64,000 bases of DNA from positions 25,048,001-25,112,000 of the forward strand of contig NC_043010.1 of NCBI RefSeq assembly GCF_006345805.1, in the 5' to 3' direction. Origin of the DNA: Octopus sinensis. Its lineage: Eukaryota. A model generated the notes under the pieces. The model searched no databases and was not told the DNA's origin. It saw nothing but the letters and a program-made list of their open reading frames with translations. Shown here one piece after another: positions 12,420 to 26,819 of the stretch. Every line of letters begins with the position of its first letter. Within the stretch, counting starts at the first letter, position 1. A program made the position numbers and the translations under genes.

Positions 12420-15160
12420 ATATCATCATATCATCCTTGTTTAACATCTATCTTCCATGCATGGGTAGGACAGTTGTTAGGAGCTGGCCGGGTAGAAAAC
12501 TACCCTATGCTACTGTGACGGTTATGGCTGGATGCCTTTCCTAACACCAACCATTCTGCAGGGTGTACTTAGTGCTATTTACATGGCACTAGCACATGTG
12601 TAGTTAGCTTTGGCATAATTTTTACAGCTGGATCCCCTTCCAAATGTCAACTACTTTACAGTGTAGACTGGATGCTTTTTACGTGGCACCAGCACTGACA
12701 GGGTCTCCAAGTAACTCACAGACAAGGAATTATGAGAAGGAAGGGAACTTGTCTCAGAGGATGAAAGGTTAGAGTGTGACAGAAATAAAGAGGCAGAAAT
12801 AGGTGCCTTGCTATAGAGGAGATACATGGTTACTCAATGAGAGAGATAGAGTGATACAAAAATGAGTAGCAGAAATAGGTGTGCTGATGTAAAGGGGATA
12901 CTTGGTTAACTTGTCAGAGGAAAAACAAGAAACGGTGAGAGAGTGGTCAAGAATGAGGGCAGAAATAGGTGTGCTGATGTAAAGGGTATACTTGGTTACC
13001 TTGTCAGAGGAAAAACAAGAGAAGGTGAGAGAGTGATCAAGAATGAGGGCAGAAATAGGTGTGCTGCTGTAGAGGAGATACATGACTACCCAGCCAGAGG
13101 GAGCAAGGGGAAGAGAGAGGGAGTAAGAAACAGCAAAAGTGTAAGAGAGAGCAGGAGAGAGATGGTAAAGGGCCAGGGTATACTCACAAATAACAAGGAT
13201 CAGAACATAGATATAATAGTAGAGTAAGGAAAAAAGAGGTACGAAGATTGTAATATTTGCAGTCAGGTATTGCCAAGGAGGTACAAGTTGGGAGTAGGGA
13301 TTGCAGTAACTAGTGAAAACCTCAATAGAATAATAGGGCGCAGGGTGGGGAAAGCAGCGATACAGTGAGCAGGGCAGGAAAGAGGATTGGAAAACAATCA
13401 TAGTTTATGAAGAGGAAGAGGAGGATGTAGTTTGGTTTCTTGGAGTAGGGTGTGTGGAAAGTTTGTTGTTATATATGGGTGGGACATAACACTTAGTTTC
13501 ACTGACATGGGCTGGTCTTCTCTACAACCTCACATTGCCAAACATCTCATCCATCATTATTTCCTCTGTGAGCCCCAACATCCTAATATCACTCCTCACC
13601 ACTTCATCCCATGTCTTCTTGGGTCTCCATCTTCTACAGGTACAATCCATTTTCAGTGACAGGCATTTCTGTATATAGCTATCTTTACTCATACACATCA
13701 CATGTCCAAACCAATGCATTCTCCTCTCCTACATACCACATTTAATCCCTCTTATGCCTAACTTTTCTCTCAGCACAGTTATGCTTTGTCAGTCATGTAC
13801 ACTGATGTTGTAAATCCAATGTAGCTTACTACCTTCCTTCCTCTCCTGCCTACGCATGTCCTCCGTAATCAAAGCCCTTGTTTCACTACCATGCAATATA
13901 GCAGTTCTCACATAAGCATCATACAATTTACCTTTCTCTCTGAGAGAGAGTCTTTTTGTTGCCAACACAGGTAGTAGCTCTTCGAACTTCTCCATCCAAG
14001 TATTATTCTAGAAACAATACTTTCAAAGCATCTACCACCATTACTAATTTGATGACCTAAATAGCAGAAACTATCTGCTACCCCAAGAGAGCCTGCTGGG
14101 CATTTGAGAGAGTCTAAATACCCTCATGCTCTTAATGCTTATTGTTCCTGTGCATCTGCCACACATGAAAGTAATCTTATCTCGTAACCTACCTATGATT
14201 CCACTGCATCTATTATGCCTCCATACCTTACACAAATGGAATTACATCCCACTCCTTTCCTACATACTGAGCAGGGCCATTTACCTGACAGAAATAGTCT
14301 TATCCACTTTCTTGTTAACAACAGTTTTAGTCTTTGCCAAGTTAACTTTAAGAGGTGGAGGCACATTGCCTAGAGGTTAGAGCAGTCGAGGGGTCGCAGG
14401 TTCAAATCTCAGACCGGGCGATGTGTGTGTTTATGAGCAAAACCCCTAAGCTCCACATGGCTCTGGCAGAAGGTAATGGCGAACTTCTGCTGACTCTTTC
14501 GCCCCAACATTCTCTCACTCTTTCCTCCTGCGTCTTGTAGCTCACCTGCGACGGACCGGTGTCTCATCCAGGAGGGGAACCTATACGCCAAGGAAACAGG
14601 GAAACTGGCCCTTATGAGCCAGTCATGGCTTGAGAAGGAACAACTTTAAGGCCATTTGATTCCAGGTTTTGCTTCGAAACCTGGAACTTCTCCAATTCTG
14701 CTTCAGATTCTGCAATAAGAGCAAGATCATCAGCACATAGCATTTCCCATGGGCATCCAGTTTTGAATTCCTCTGTTATGGCCTGGAGAATTATGATGAA
14801 CAAGAATAGACTAAGAACTAATCCCTGGTTAACTCCAACTTGTACACTAAATTCATCACTGTATTCAAGGTTGACTCTCACTTTACTGACAGCATCACTG
14901 TACATGGCTTGTATGGCTCTAACAAATCACTCCTCTACTCCCAGCTTCCTTAAAGACCACCTGATAAGAGAGCAGGGAACCCTGTTGTAAGCTTTCTCGT
15001 CGACAGAGGTTAAGTACAATGGTTTATTTTTGACCAAATACTTTTCTCGTAACGGTCTCACTAGGAAGATGGTATCTGTAGTACTTCTCCCTGGAACAAA
15101 ACCAAACTGCATCTCATCTGGTTTAATTCTATCCCTAATCAGTTGGGATATAACTCTCAT
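12420..15160 (-). mobile_element. Decayed RTE-clade LINE with long 3'UTR containing ~90-bp tandem repeats
   Basis: EMLCADDLAL, QFGFVPGRSTTD, RPKKTW on the minus strand; repeats at 12860-13090. Confidence 0.85.
14353..14641 (+). mobile_element. tRNA-headed SINE inserted in the RTE RT
   Basis: Head with GGTTCAAATC B-box. 9-bp TSD AACTTTAAG at 14344-14352 and 14642-14650. Confidence 0.8.
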
Positions 15161-15382
15161 ATGTGTGTGTGTAATGAAAGAATTTGATGTTTGGAATATA
15201 GCTTATTTCAAAATTATTATTTAAAATTATGATAAAGGATTTCAATTTAAGTTATGTCTATTAAAATAAGCATTTGTGTATAATGAAAGCAAATACTTTA
15301 TAAAAACTAAATGTGTGAAATAATTCTTGGTTTAATTTTGTAGTTCATTTGTGTGAAATGATTTTTGGATTTCATTTTGCAG

Positions 15383-15521
15383 CGAATTTTCAACATGTCT
15401 GAAAGCTATCCCGGAGTTCAAAATATCATCTGATGTTCTTAGATTTTACAATAAAGCAATACCTTTAAAGAAAGTAGATTCTGAAATTATTAATTCATGG
15501 AAGCAAAGCTTGAATTGTTCT
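15383..15521 (+). CDS. TWNK: Twinkle coding exon 3 (EFSTCLKAIPEFKISSDVLRFYNKAIPL...)
   Basis: ttttgcag acceptor, GTAAGT donor. Resembles human [21 protein letters not shown]. Confidence 0.9.
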
Positions 15522-16223
15522 GTAAGTTGACAAGTCCATCAAACTTCTTTAACCTTTTAGCGTTCAAATTACTGTGTTGACTGTGATGCTTATAGATTCA
15601 CTTTGTTTTAAATTCATCCTGCATTATCTCATAGCTTTGAGATTTCAATTATGTGATTTTTTATTTCTTAAAAGGATTTTGTAGGGTAGGTTTGAAAGGT
15701 CTGATCTGGCCAATTTGGACATAAAACAGGTTGAATATTTGGGCCTGATATGACTGGATTAAATGCTAATGAGTTAAGCTTTCATAAAGAGGTCACAAAA
15801 CTGTTATGTTAGGTGTTGTTTAGTCGTAGGGTAATTCTGACTGAAGAAGCTTGAAATCAAAGACATTTCCAGTCTCTTCTTTGACCTAGTGTATTCAAGA
15901 CTGCATTATCCAATGTGTCCTTCTTGTTGTTTAACCTTAGATCAGCCCTGATCAAACAGTTGTGACCAAAGATGCTCCAGGCATGATCATCCTGTCTTTA
16001 TACCTAGAACTATATTGTCTAGTGTCCATCCCCTCTCTTTTTTTAAAATTTTATTTTAAAGGCAATAAGGTGAGGTTTGTAATTGATTTGGTTGGCATCT
16101 CTAGCATGTTGAGCAACCTCATTGAGGTTCCCTTATCACTGTTGTTGTTGTCCCTACTTACCTTGTCTTGTGCAATGGAAAAATTTGGGAAAATTATACT
16201 TTTACATGTTTTTTAATCACCAG

Positions 16224-16396
16224 CTCTTACAGACAGCAACATTATCAAAATTTGGCGTTTGCTATGATGATGTAAGAAACGCTTTGATATTTCCATCTTA
16301 CAATGAAAACTTTGAGATAAGCCAACTGAAGTTGCTTGGTTTTGTCACAGACAAAGATGGGCTCACAAAGGACCTAAATGAATCCTTAATTCCAAG
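16224..16396 (+). CDS. TWNK: Twinkle coding exon 4 (LLQTATLSKFGV...ALIFP...LKLL...LIPR)
   Basis: caccag acceptor (in-frame alternative 9 nt downstream), GTAAAA donor. Resembles human TLKRFSV...SLVFP...LKLL...TIPR. Confidence 0.9.
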
Positions 16397-16604
16397 GTAA
16401 AATATTAATTTCTTTTCATAAAAAGTTGTTTCTTTTTCTTCATATAAATCAAAAAATGTCTTTTTCAACCGGTTCTGCCTTTTGAGGCAAGAAACAGATG
16501 GTGATGGCCACTGCCACCACCCAAGCAATAAATGAAGCACACCACCACCTCTCTCGTTTTCTCTCTCTCTCTCTTTACGTATATATATATGTATATATAT
16601 ATAT

Positions 16605-17005
16605 AAGGCTGTGTGGTTAAGAAGCTCACTTTACAACCATATGATTTTGAGTTCAGTCCCACAACACTGCAACTTGAACAAGTATATTCTGTTATAGCCT
16701 CAGGCCCTATGAGTGGATTTAGTAGATGGGAACTGAGAGAAGCTTATGTATGTGTGTGTGTGTTTATTTGTGTATATCCTTGTCTTGATATCAAGTAATG
16801 GTTGTAAATGAGCATCACCATTATACAGTGTTGTTTGTTTTGAGTTTTCCATGAAAAACATGTCTGGCCTTGGGGAAATATTACTTTGCTTGGAAACAGG
16901 TGAAGATTGGTGACAGGAAGAGTTGTCAAAAACCTGCTGCCTCAGCAAATTCCATTTGACCGATGCAAGCGTAGTAGAGAGGGTTTTGAATAATGATGAT
17001 GACTT
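16605..17005 (+). mobile_element. Old tRNA-headed SINE with RTE-like (GAT)n tail
   Basis: GCTGTGTGGTTAAGAAG...GAGTTCAGTCCCAC head and shared body blocks. Confidence 0.6.
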
Positions 17006-18324
17006 ACAGTAGGAAGGCCAGTGTTCCTTTTTTGTAGGACCTCTGGAATCCAGTTGGAAAAAACAAACATATAAAGGTTTCTTTTCAATAGTTTAAGTAT
17101 ATAGATGTATAAATTATATTCAAGACTACATTATACAATATGTTGTTGATTTGATTTAGGTCGATGTGATTTGTGGGAGACTGGACTGCTAATGTTAGTC
17201 AAATGAGCAACAAAATAGAATTCCTATGTTGAATTATGTTATTTCATTGTAAGAAATATTATATCATATCATCTAATGATCCTCTGAAAAACTATCTTCA
17301 TCATTATCATTTAAAATCTGTTTTCCATGCTGGCATGAGTTGGTGGTTTGACAGGAGCTCAGGAGCTGTCTAGGCAGAAGACTGCACTAGGCTTCACTGT
17401 CTGTATTGGCAGGATTTTTGTGGCTGGATGCCCTTCCTAACACCAACCACTTTACAGTGTGGACTGGGTGTTTTTTAAGTGGCTGCAACACTGGTGAGGT
17501 CTGTTTCAGCATACTTTTTACAGCTGGATACCCTTTCAAACACCAATCACTTTACAGTGTAGATAGGATGTTTTTTATGTGGCACCAGCACTGACAGGGT
17601 CACCAAGTAGCTTGCACATCAAAGATCTTTGTGGGGGCGGGATATGGCCTTGTGCCAGGTGATGAGAGGTTAGAGTGTGACAGAAGGAAAGAAACAGGTG
17701 TCTTGCTGTAGAGAAGATACATGGTTACCCAGCCAGAGGGAGAGAACAAAAGGAAGAGAGAGAGAATTAGAACAGAGGAGGTAGTTGTTACCCAGTCAGA
17801 GAGAAAGAGAGAGTGAGTGAGTAATCAAGAATGAGAGAGTGTGCAAGAGAAAGTGGGAGAGAGATGATAATGAAGTGCCAGGATGTGCCCTCAAGCTACA
17901 GGGATCAGAATATAAATGGCCTTCATGCACAAAAAGGTCTCCCATCCCTGGTCTAGTTTAATAGGCCTACTATCAACATGTACCCGTAAGCCAGAGAACA
18001 TGTGTCTTTTCGAGTCAGGTTAACAGGAGCTATTGAGCTCGACCTCTAATAAAAAGTACAGGTGACTGTCCTTCCTAGCAGAATAATTTATTTCAATATC
18101 TGAGATGTTTTTCTTCATGTTTACCTGCTCCATGTAAAACTTCCAATATCACTAAGTACTAAAAGTGATGTAATTAATCCTATCCAAAATTTGAGGCCTT
18201 TTGCCTATATAATATGAAAAAGTCATTATTGTATCATTATTATTATTATTATTAATGTTGTTATCCTCATCATTGTCATCATTCTAAATGTACTTCTTAC
18301 ATTTATTTTACCTTCTTTTTGAAG

Positions 18325-18484
18325 AACCACAATCTCTGGTTTATTTGGTTTGAGTACATCAAAGGAAAAACATAATACAGAGGTCATATTAACTTCTTCT
18401 GAAATGGAGGCAATGGCTGTTTATCAAATAACTCAAATACCTTCACTGGCTCTCCCCAAAAGAGGAACGGTCCTTCCTGTTGAG
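18325..18484 (+). CDS. TWNK: Twinkle coding exon 5 (SGLFGL...EVILTSSEMEAMAVYQ...LALP)
   Basis: AAG acceptor after a pyrimidine tract, GTTTGC donor, phase-consistent. Resembles human NLFGL...EVVLTSRELDSLALNQ. Confidence 0.92.
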
Positions 18485-20094
18485 GTTTGCTATTTGTTTT
18501 CACTTTCATACTAGTTACTTTAAACCACCATAGAAATAACAATTAACTATAAGTGCCAACTAAATGGTTCAACCTACTATAAATAATAGCCGACCTAGAC
18601 ACAATGTCTGAATAAAAGACTGGGTGATCACTAGTCACCTGAGGCTAAACAGTAGACTGACCAGCATTTTTTCTTTGTAGCTTTAAATCCCTTTTTATTC
18701 TATTGTTCTATCCCTAATTAGATTTAGTTTCATTAATTATCTCATTCTTTTATTTGTTAATCCTGCTGCACTACTTTCAGCAAACGGTTTTCTTTGCTGT
18801 AACCTTGACTTCAACAAAAGCTTGGAAACTGTATAAGTCTGTCTGATGAATATATCAAGATAATAAAGCACAAAATCGTGTGACATCCATTCCTTGCAAA
18901 CGTTCCTCCTCACACAAGAGGAGAAGGATGAGGTATATTTAGCAGTATGAGAAGTAAGCAATAAGAGAATGTCAAAATAGATCTTGACTCCAGAATTACT
19001 GAAATAAGTGAATGCTTGAAAAGAAATAAGTGATACCTTCAACAACAAACATTTTTTTTCCTGCCAGAGACATATATTTTAAACATTAGAGATTCCATCT
19101 TCAGAAAAGTTTTCAAACTAAGAAAAAATTGATTTATTATAATTTACATAGTGTTTCAAGTTTTATATGTATCATTTCATTATCATATAATAAAGTATAT
19201 TCTGGATTTAATTTATCAATTTATCATCTTCTTCATCTTTTAACATCCATACTCATTTTGACAATTCAAGAAAGCCAAATTAGAATTTTACATTCCCCAT
19301 TCATAACATCTAGGTTTTTTAGGTTTGCTAGTTGCATAGAAACCTTATTATTGCTGGTGGCATGAGAAAGGCACCCAATAAGCACTTTAAATTGGTTGGC
19401 ATCAGGAAGGGCATCCAGCTGTAGAAGGTAGACATTGCACACTGCAGTCGTTGGGCCTATGAGATCCTATCAAACTGTGCAGCCCATGCCAGCAAGGAAC
19501 ATGGATGTTAATGGATAATGATGATGATGATTACATATATATGAAATAGTTGTTCATCACAGATTTTGTTCATGGTTATTCAGTTGTACTAAACTACCAG
19601 TCTTAATGAATTAGTATGCAAGTAACTGAATATGTCACAAACACTTATATCCTTAATGTAATTATGGGATGGAATCAGCATGACACTATCAGACAAGATT
19701 GGAATTATCAATTACTGGTACAACAGACTTCTGTGCAGTTTCCAACTACCCAATTTATTTCACAAGATATGGGTCAATTTGAGATTAAAGAAAATGCTAC
19801 TCAGCTAGGATGTCATGCAATGAGATCAAAACCAGATCCTCATGATTGCAAAGCAAACTTCATTGGCATTCAACCATACTGTAATGATACTAGGATTCTC
19901 ATTGACAAGTTACTAGTACGTCAGTGCAGCTATGCAGTTTACATGGAATGCAGTATTCAAATCCTGCAGGCAATATTACATTTTCCATGACTGTCTCAGG
20001 AAAAAATAAAATAATATTTTTATTTCATGAGATATATTCGTGAAATTTGGGTCAATTTGTCATCATGATGTTCTGTCAATCTCACTCAATAAAC

Positions 20095-20690
20095 CTGCCT
20101 TTAGCCTTGCTGACAGCCTCCAGGCAACCTTGGAACTGGCCACAGGCCTTCGTCACTATCTCCCATTTTAGGTCCCTGAAGGTCCTGGTAATCCTGGCCC
20201 TCAGCTCGTCCTTCACGTTGCAGCTAAATTTGTTGGGCTCTCATTCCACCACACCATAAAGAAGTCAAGGGTGTTACAGTTAGGCAAGTTGGGAGGCCAA
20301 ATATCAGATGCTGTGTGATCAAAGAAATTCTCCAACAGCCAACTCTTGAGTCTTCCAGCTAATGTGAAAGGATGCAGAGTCTTACTACCACATGTACAGC
20401 TTCCATGCAGCTACCCAGTCAACACAGGGCTTCACCACCTCACTCAGAACACAATTGTAGTTGTTGGTGTTTAGCCTGTGGCCCTCAGAGAAGAAGTGGG
20501 GTAGCATGGCTTCACATTCACTGCTGACAACACTGAAGACCATGATTGTCACTGGAAATTTCATCTGTATAACTCTGGACATAGCCTTGAGTGAGGCAGC
20601 AAGTCACCTGTTGTTCTGGAACTTTGTTTTCTGGTCTTGACAGAAATTCTTTTTGTTGTAGAAGAACCACAGCATGTCTGGCTCCATTGA
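20095..20690 (-). mobile_element. Tc1/mariner-superfamily transposase remnant
   Basis: MVFSVVSSEC, MLPHFF, stop-interrupted WQQDSA-like segment, WPPN..N.NP(L)DFF segment. Confidence 0.75.
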
Positions 20691-22497
20691 GTGTATTGCT
20701 TGTTGATCAGTTTCTTAGTATGTTGGAATTCATAATTAAGTATCTTTTACTGGTTTCAGTCATTTGACTACAGCCATACTGGAGCACTACTATCATGGCT
20801 TCTTTTAGTCTAGTATTTTGAGTTCAATATGGTATCTGGTACGTGTTGTATCAACCTGGTAAGGGAATAGATGCAAATCATACCTAGGTGTGAACAAATG
20901 TAATCAAGCAAACTTGAATATCACAACTTTTAAAAATTCACTCAATAATTTCAGGTTCCAGATAATGCATTTGTACATCTGATGACTCAGTTTTGGAGGG
21001 TCAAAACTCTTTTGAACAAGCTGCCATTATGGCCATTTGAATCCTCCATTCAATTGACATCACAAATTTCATTTGTTAATCTCAGTGTTTGCAGTAGTAA
21101 TTCTTTTCTGTCCCATTGTCTAATGCCTAGCAGAAACATAAATTTAAATATGTAGATGCATCATAATTCTGAAGAAAATAATAAAATGGCTACAACACTC
21201 ATCATGGCAATTGACTGCTTGCTTAAAGGAGTTTTGACTGTACAAAAGTGAATCATTAAACAAAGGATGTACAAATGGATTTTCTGCAACCTAAACATTG
21301 AGATGAAGTTTCAAGTGTGCCTTAGCATGTACTATATTCACATGAATTCTAACCACAACATTTTCACTGAAACATTTTGTGCATGGATTATTTGTTTACA
21401 ATCTGTTGTCCATTTAAAAAATGAAACATGATATGGGTTTCTAAACTGACAAATTTTATTCACAAAGCTTAGGTCATCAACCCAAGGCCAATGATCAAAG
21501 ATACTTGATTTTTTTTTTTTTTAATCTAAAATTGTCATTGTGGAATAGTCATGATAGCCATTTGAAACATATATTGTTATATTCACTTCATTTTCTGATA
21601 AGCTCATGAATAGCCATGTGGTTAAATTTCTTAACCACAACTTCATATGTAGTTATAGATCTGTTGGGTTAGGGCTGACCTGGAGCTAAATAAGAAAGTG
21701 GATGGATATAACAGGAACATTTTTGATAAGACTGTGCTGTAACATAGAGAAACAATGTTAATCAAATCATACTATAGACAAAGTGAAATTGCTTGCAACA
21801 CAGTGCTCTTCTAAAAGCACTTTATGAGTGGAAGCTGGAAGGCAGAAACTCTATTTGTATGTATGTGTTTTTGTTCACATATATTGAAACCAGTGCTGTA
21901 CCTTTTCATTCCATAACACAGCAGTTCAAAGCATCAGACTGAAATAAATTCTTGGTTCAGAATGATAAACTAAATATTTGAATGCAATTTACCAGCATGT
22001 CTGCAGTCCAATTATTAAAGCCAGTGGAAGAACTAATGAAATTCAATGTCAACACAGATCAGATGGTTGCAAACAAGGCTGTGTGGTTCACAAGTTCGTT
22101 TCACTACAGCAGATTTGAGTTTAATACCACTGTGCAACACATGGGTGAAGTGTCTTCTACAATAACTTTGGGTCAGTCAAATCTTTATGAGTAGAAAATG
22201 GTAGATGGAAATTATATGAAAGCTCATAGGAAGGACTGTCTCTTTTCATGGTTAGGAGACTTAATTTGTTGCCTTTTAACTCCATCATCATAACCCTACT
22301 CATTTGAGCGAAATCTCTGGTCTGAAGCTAACTTCCTTTTTCTTCATGTCATTAGTCTTGGAAACTCTCAATAGGATCATGGATATTGCCCATTTTCCTC
22401 TGACTTTTCTTATATGATTTATGTATCAGGATTGAAATTTCACAATTTAAAAATTTTTACACTTGTGAAAATTGAGTTAATTTTCATGTTTTATTAG

Positions 22498-22619
22498 ATT
22501 CTGCCTTTGCTAGAGAGATTTAAGAAAGTTATCTTATGGCTTGGAACAGATTTGTGTTCTTGGCAAAATGCAAAGCAGTTTGCTAAAAAGTTGAATGAGC
22601 ATCGCTGTTTTATTATCAG
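22498..22619 (+). CDS. TWNK: Twinkle coding exon 6 (ILPLLERFKKVILWLGTDLCSWQNAKQFAKKLNEHRCFII)
   Basis: ttattag acceptor, GTAAGG donor. Resembles human [40 protein letters not shown]. Confidence 0.95.
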
Positions 22620-23217
22620 GTAAGGATAAAAGCTATATATTATATTTGAATTTAATTAGATTATTAAGTTTATAAAATATTTAACTTCATCCACCCAGTG
22701 GCAGGCACTACAAATAGCAGCCAAATCTCCCTCATCACACTCTACTGAAAGCTGAAATGTTTTAGAACACAGGACTGCTTTGAGTTGACCTGGGGCTAAA
22801 TAACAATAACCGTTTCATGATCTATTTTTGGAAAATTTTACCAAAATAACTTATTTGTATGATTCATGCAAGCATGGCTGTAGGTATGATTGTGTTTCCA
22901 GTTTTGATCTTTCTGCATAATATTTTGGGCAAGTATCTACTATAACCATTGCTCAACTCAAGTTTTGTGAGAAAAATTGGGTAGACAAAGCTGTCAGGTA
23001 ATTTATCAAATGAACTGTTCTTGAGTGATATATTTAATCCATGGTCCAGTTTAACACCAACCCTGACCTTTAGGAGAGTCCACTTTATTGCAAGCATTTA
23101 GAGACTGATTCCTATTCAACCTGGCCCTACACAACAATAACATAATAATTTTAATCATTAATAAACCAATGTACTTGCATAATTGAATAAACTTGATAAA
23201 TAACTCTCTTTATTCAG

Positions 23218-23386
23218 ACCTTCAGAAGCTCCATCAGCTGTTAAGGTTCTCCAAGATAAAATGAATATGAGTAAAATATTAAACTCCGCTATTCCAGCAA
23301 GCCCAGATTCTATCGTTTCTTTCTCTCAACTCCGGAACAATGTCTATTTTGAACTTGCTCAGAATGAAGAAATCACAGGAATTAAG
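23218..23386 (+). CDS. TWNK: Twinkle coding exon 7 (linker; SAIPASPDSIVSFSQLRNNVYFEL)
   Basis: tattcag acceptor, GTTTGT donor. Resembles human [23 protein letters not shown]. Confidence 0.93.
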
Positions 23387-23459
23387 GTTTGTATTAAATG
23401 TATTTAATGTTCTGTGTATATTGACTTGCCTTACTTGCTTGTCCTTACATTTACTCATA

Positions 23460-23499
<40 letters not shown>

Positions 23500-23943
23500 G
23501 AAGAAATAAATGGTATAGTTATCCACTTTATACAGCTCAACCAAGTAGAGCTCCAAAGGAGCTTCAGGAATATAAAATTAAGAAGGAGAGAAATATTCAA
23601 TCAATCCATTTGAAATTATTGAAATTCTCCACAGTATACAATATACATAGATGCATTCACATATATGAATTATGATAAAATTTATAAGAATTTACAAACA
23701 CATATTCATATGAAGATGTATATATAAAAATTCATAAATATATAAAAAAAAATTATAAATATCTAAGAAATTTACAACCACATAAAGATTCATAAATATA
23801 TAAATGCATAAATATAAATACACAGTTGTTCTTGTGAAGACTTCTTTTTCTATTTTTTTCAGAACAGTCAGCAATTCTTTTGACATCTAAAATACACAAA
23901 TACTTATTTTATTTTTTTCTTAAACGTTTATATCTATTTACAG

Positions 23944-24078
23944 TGGAAGAAATTTCTTCCTCTAAATAAACTGCTGAAAGGTCATCGTCGAGGAGAACTT
24001 ACAGTATTTACAGGAACAACTGGTGCTGGGAAGACCACTTTCATGAGTGAATATTCTTTGGACCTTTGTATGCAGGGA
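23944..24078 (+). CDS. TWNK: Twinkle coding exon 8 (Walker A: [32 protein letters not shown])
   Basis: Near-identical to the SF4 helicase H1 motif of Twinkle. tacag acceptor, GTATGT donor. Confidence 0.97.
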
Positions 24079-25687
24079 GTATGTTTTCTTAATTGAGCTA
24101 TTCTACAATTGAAGAACTTAAGTAGTAGATTGATTGAGTATTAGGGAAATTATTTTATTATGGTATTTAATTACGGCTCTTTACTTTCTAAACTCAAATT
24201 GCACCTGGGTTGACTTCAATTTTTTTTTTTATTCTGAAGACAATAAAATAAGTATAAGCTTAGTACTGGTGTTGATTTGAGGAGGCACTATCTAGAATTC
24301 TCAACATAGCAGAAATAGCTTAAATGTAAACTCTACCAGATTCCCATCAAAACAGTTATGCAAAACACACTTTGAAAAAGAAGATAAAATAGTGAAAATA
24401 GGTAACTGATCACATTGCAACATTTTAGTCAAGTGTGTTTATGACTCCTCGTTAATTATTTTTCCCCATAGGTATTTTATTTTGTTTGTAATTTAAAAAA
24501 AAAAAGGATTTTTGCAATGAAGCTGGTAAACAAGAAAGTCCTAGTCTTTACAGTTGAGGAAATTACTGATGCTTGTTCTTCAATGAGTTTACCCCTACCC
24601 AGACAATTCAAGTGATCCAGACACAATGAAGTTGATGAAAAGTAATGAGAAAAGTAGCAGTTTGAGTAAATAAATATGGTAGTTGAAAGATAAGCCGGTC
24701 TTTTTTTTGTGAGTGTGTTTGTCTATTAGTTTGCCTGCAATGAACAAACTCACTAGTTGAGAGTTAGGCCTATTATTGTTATTGTGAATTTTTTTTGTGA
24801 TTCTGTTCATTAGTTTGCCTGCAATCATTACTCTTGAGCTGTTTATTTTTTTGCTCAGGAGCCCAGATAAAGGGTAAAATTAGACACAGGGGCCCAGGTC
24901 TGAGAGGGGTAACATAGTGTAAAGGGATGGGATTAATACAGAAAGGTATTCTTTGTTTGTCCATCCCCCAACATATTCCACTTACAATGGCATGCCAACT
25001 TATGTTTATTTTAAAACCAATAAATACAATTTTGCCAACACAAACCCACAACACTCCAAGTATTTTATTTATATACACGTGTTCAAGCATACATAGTAAT
25101 AGAATGTAGGAAAGAACATTGGACTCTGATACCATGAGAAAAATGGGCAAGCTTGATATGCAGAAAAGAAGTAGGTAGAAATTCTATTCAGTGAATTGAT
25201 TGCAAACTGTGGATGTGCAACAGATGCCAAGAGACATTACATCCTCATTTAAATGTCCATTTTTTTAATCTTGCAAGGGTCAAATGAGATTGTTGAGGTA
25301 GAATTTTTACAATCCAGTGCTATTGTCACTAACCTCACCTGATTTGAAGCAAGTTAATATTTCCCCAAGTCTTTCAAACTTGAACAGCAGGATGGTGGGA
25401 TATGTTTTCACAAAAGATTGCAAACAAGCATCTCTACTTGTATGATAGAGCCATTTGTGTTAAGGAAACAAATATGTGCACACACACACACACAAGCATA
25501 CATACCCACATACAAACCTATGACTTCTTCCTATCAAGTGTCTCTCATGAGGCATTGGTAATTTCAAGGTTCGAATTACTTGTAAATTGTGTAATAGGTG
25601 AAAAACACAGAAGTATAAATTTGGCAAATAATTTTTTGAACCACATGTTTATTGACTTTATTGACCTTAGTTTTTAATTATTTTCAG

Positions 25688-25761
25688 GTGAATACATTAT
25701 GGGGGAGCTTTGAGATTCATAATGTCAGATTAGCAAAAACCATGTTGATGCAGTTCTCTCA
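25688..25761 (+). CDS. TWNK: Twinkle coding exon 9 (VNTLWGSFEIHNVRLAKTMLMQFS)
   Basis: H1a motif. ttttcag acceptor, GTAAGT donor, phase 2. Confidence 0.96.
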
Positions 25762-26819
25762 GTAAGTGAATTCTACTTCTAAGCCTTACCTGTGGAAATT
25801 CCAGTTATTTTGAAAACTGTAAGATGGTTAGAAGTTTACAGAGAAGCATGAAATACATGATACCTTTTAAAATTGTATTTTAAGCATTTGGTTGTTTAGA
25901 TGATGTAAAAGTCCACCTTGGTAGTATTGAGCATACAGTTATATTTCATTTTATACACTTGTCACCTCTTCTACCTTGCAGATTGTTATTTTCCACTCTC
26001 AAGAAATAAACAATCTTATCTCTGGTATGAAATTATAGACATGTACAGTATTATTCTGCTACTGTATGACTACTTAAGTAAAGCTTTAACAAAACTTGAT
26101 ACTATATATTGCATATTTATTTTCACACTGATAAAAGTTCATGCTGTGAGACAGGAACATCTGATATTGAGGTACACATTGATAAAATAAGTGTCTCAAA
26201 CATGAAAATTATTGCTAGGGTTGATCTGCTTTACAAAACTCTTGTTGCCGCAGCATTATGCTGTACTTGAGAAGAAAACCCATCAAACCAAGTAAAATCG
26301 CAGTTGTGGCAGATGCTGGCGTCATTCACCCATGCTGGTGCCACGTAAAATTACCCATTACACTCTCAGAGTGGTTGGCATTAGGAAGAGCATCCAGCCA
26401 TAGGAAGCAAGCCAAATCAGACTGGAGACTGGTGTAGCCTTCCAGCTTGCCAGCCTTGGTCAAACTGTCCAACCCATGCCAGCATGGACAACGGATATTA
26501 AATGATGATGATGATATTTCCTCAGTTTAAAATAACTATTTATCAGTCTTACAAATAATATAAATGTTGTATCTCTAATAAATTATATCCTTGATTTTGT
26601 TCCATAGTTTAACAGTTACTTGCCTTAAGAATGATGTAATTGTTGTTCCATAGTTTGGATCATGACACAAAAGGTAGATTGGCAGGCACTACTGTATTAA
26701 TAGAGACGTTTAGAGAATACATATATATATATATATATAGGGTACAAGTAAGCGTTTACCAAAGATCAGCCCTCAGCTCCTTTTTGTTCATTATATAGTA
26801 CTCCAGACAAAAATAGAGG

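Noticed and set aside
12811-13401. 196-aa hydrophobic ORF
   Set aside because: Lies in the tandemly repeated 3'UTR of a decayed RTE element.
18325-22619. Active primase in this Twinkle
   Set aside because: TOPRIM acidic motifs are degenerate (TSSEME, LGTD), as in other metazoans.
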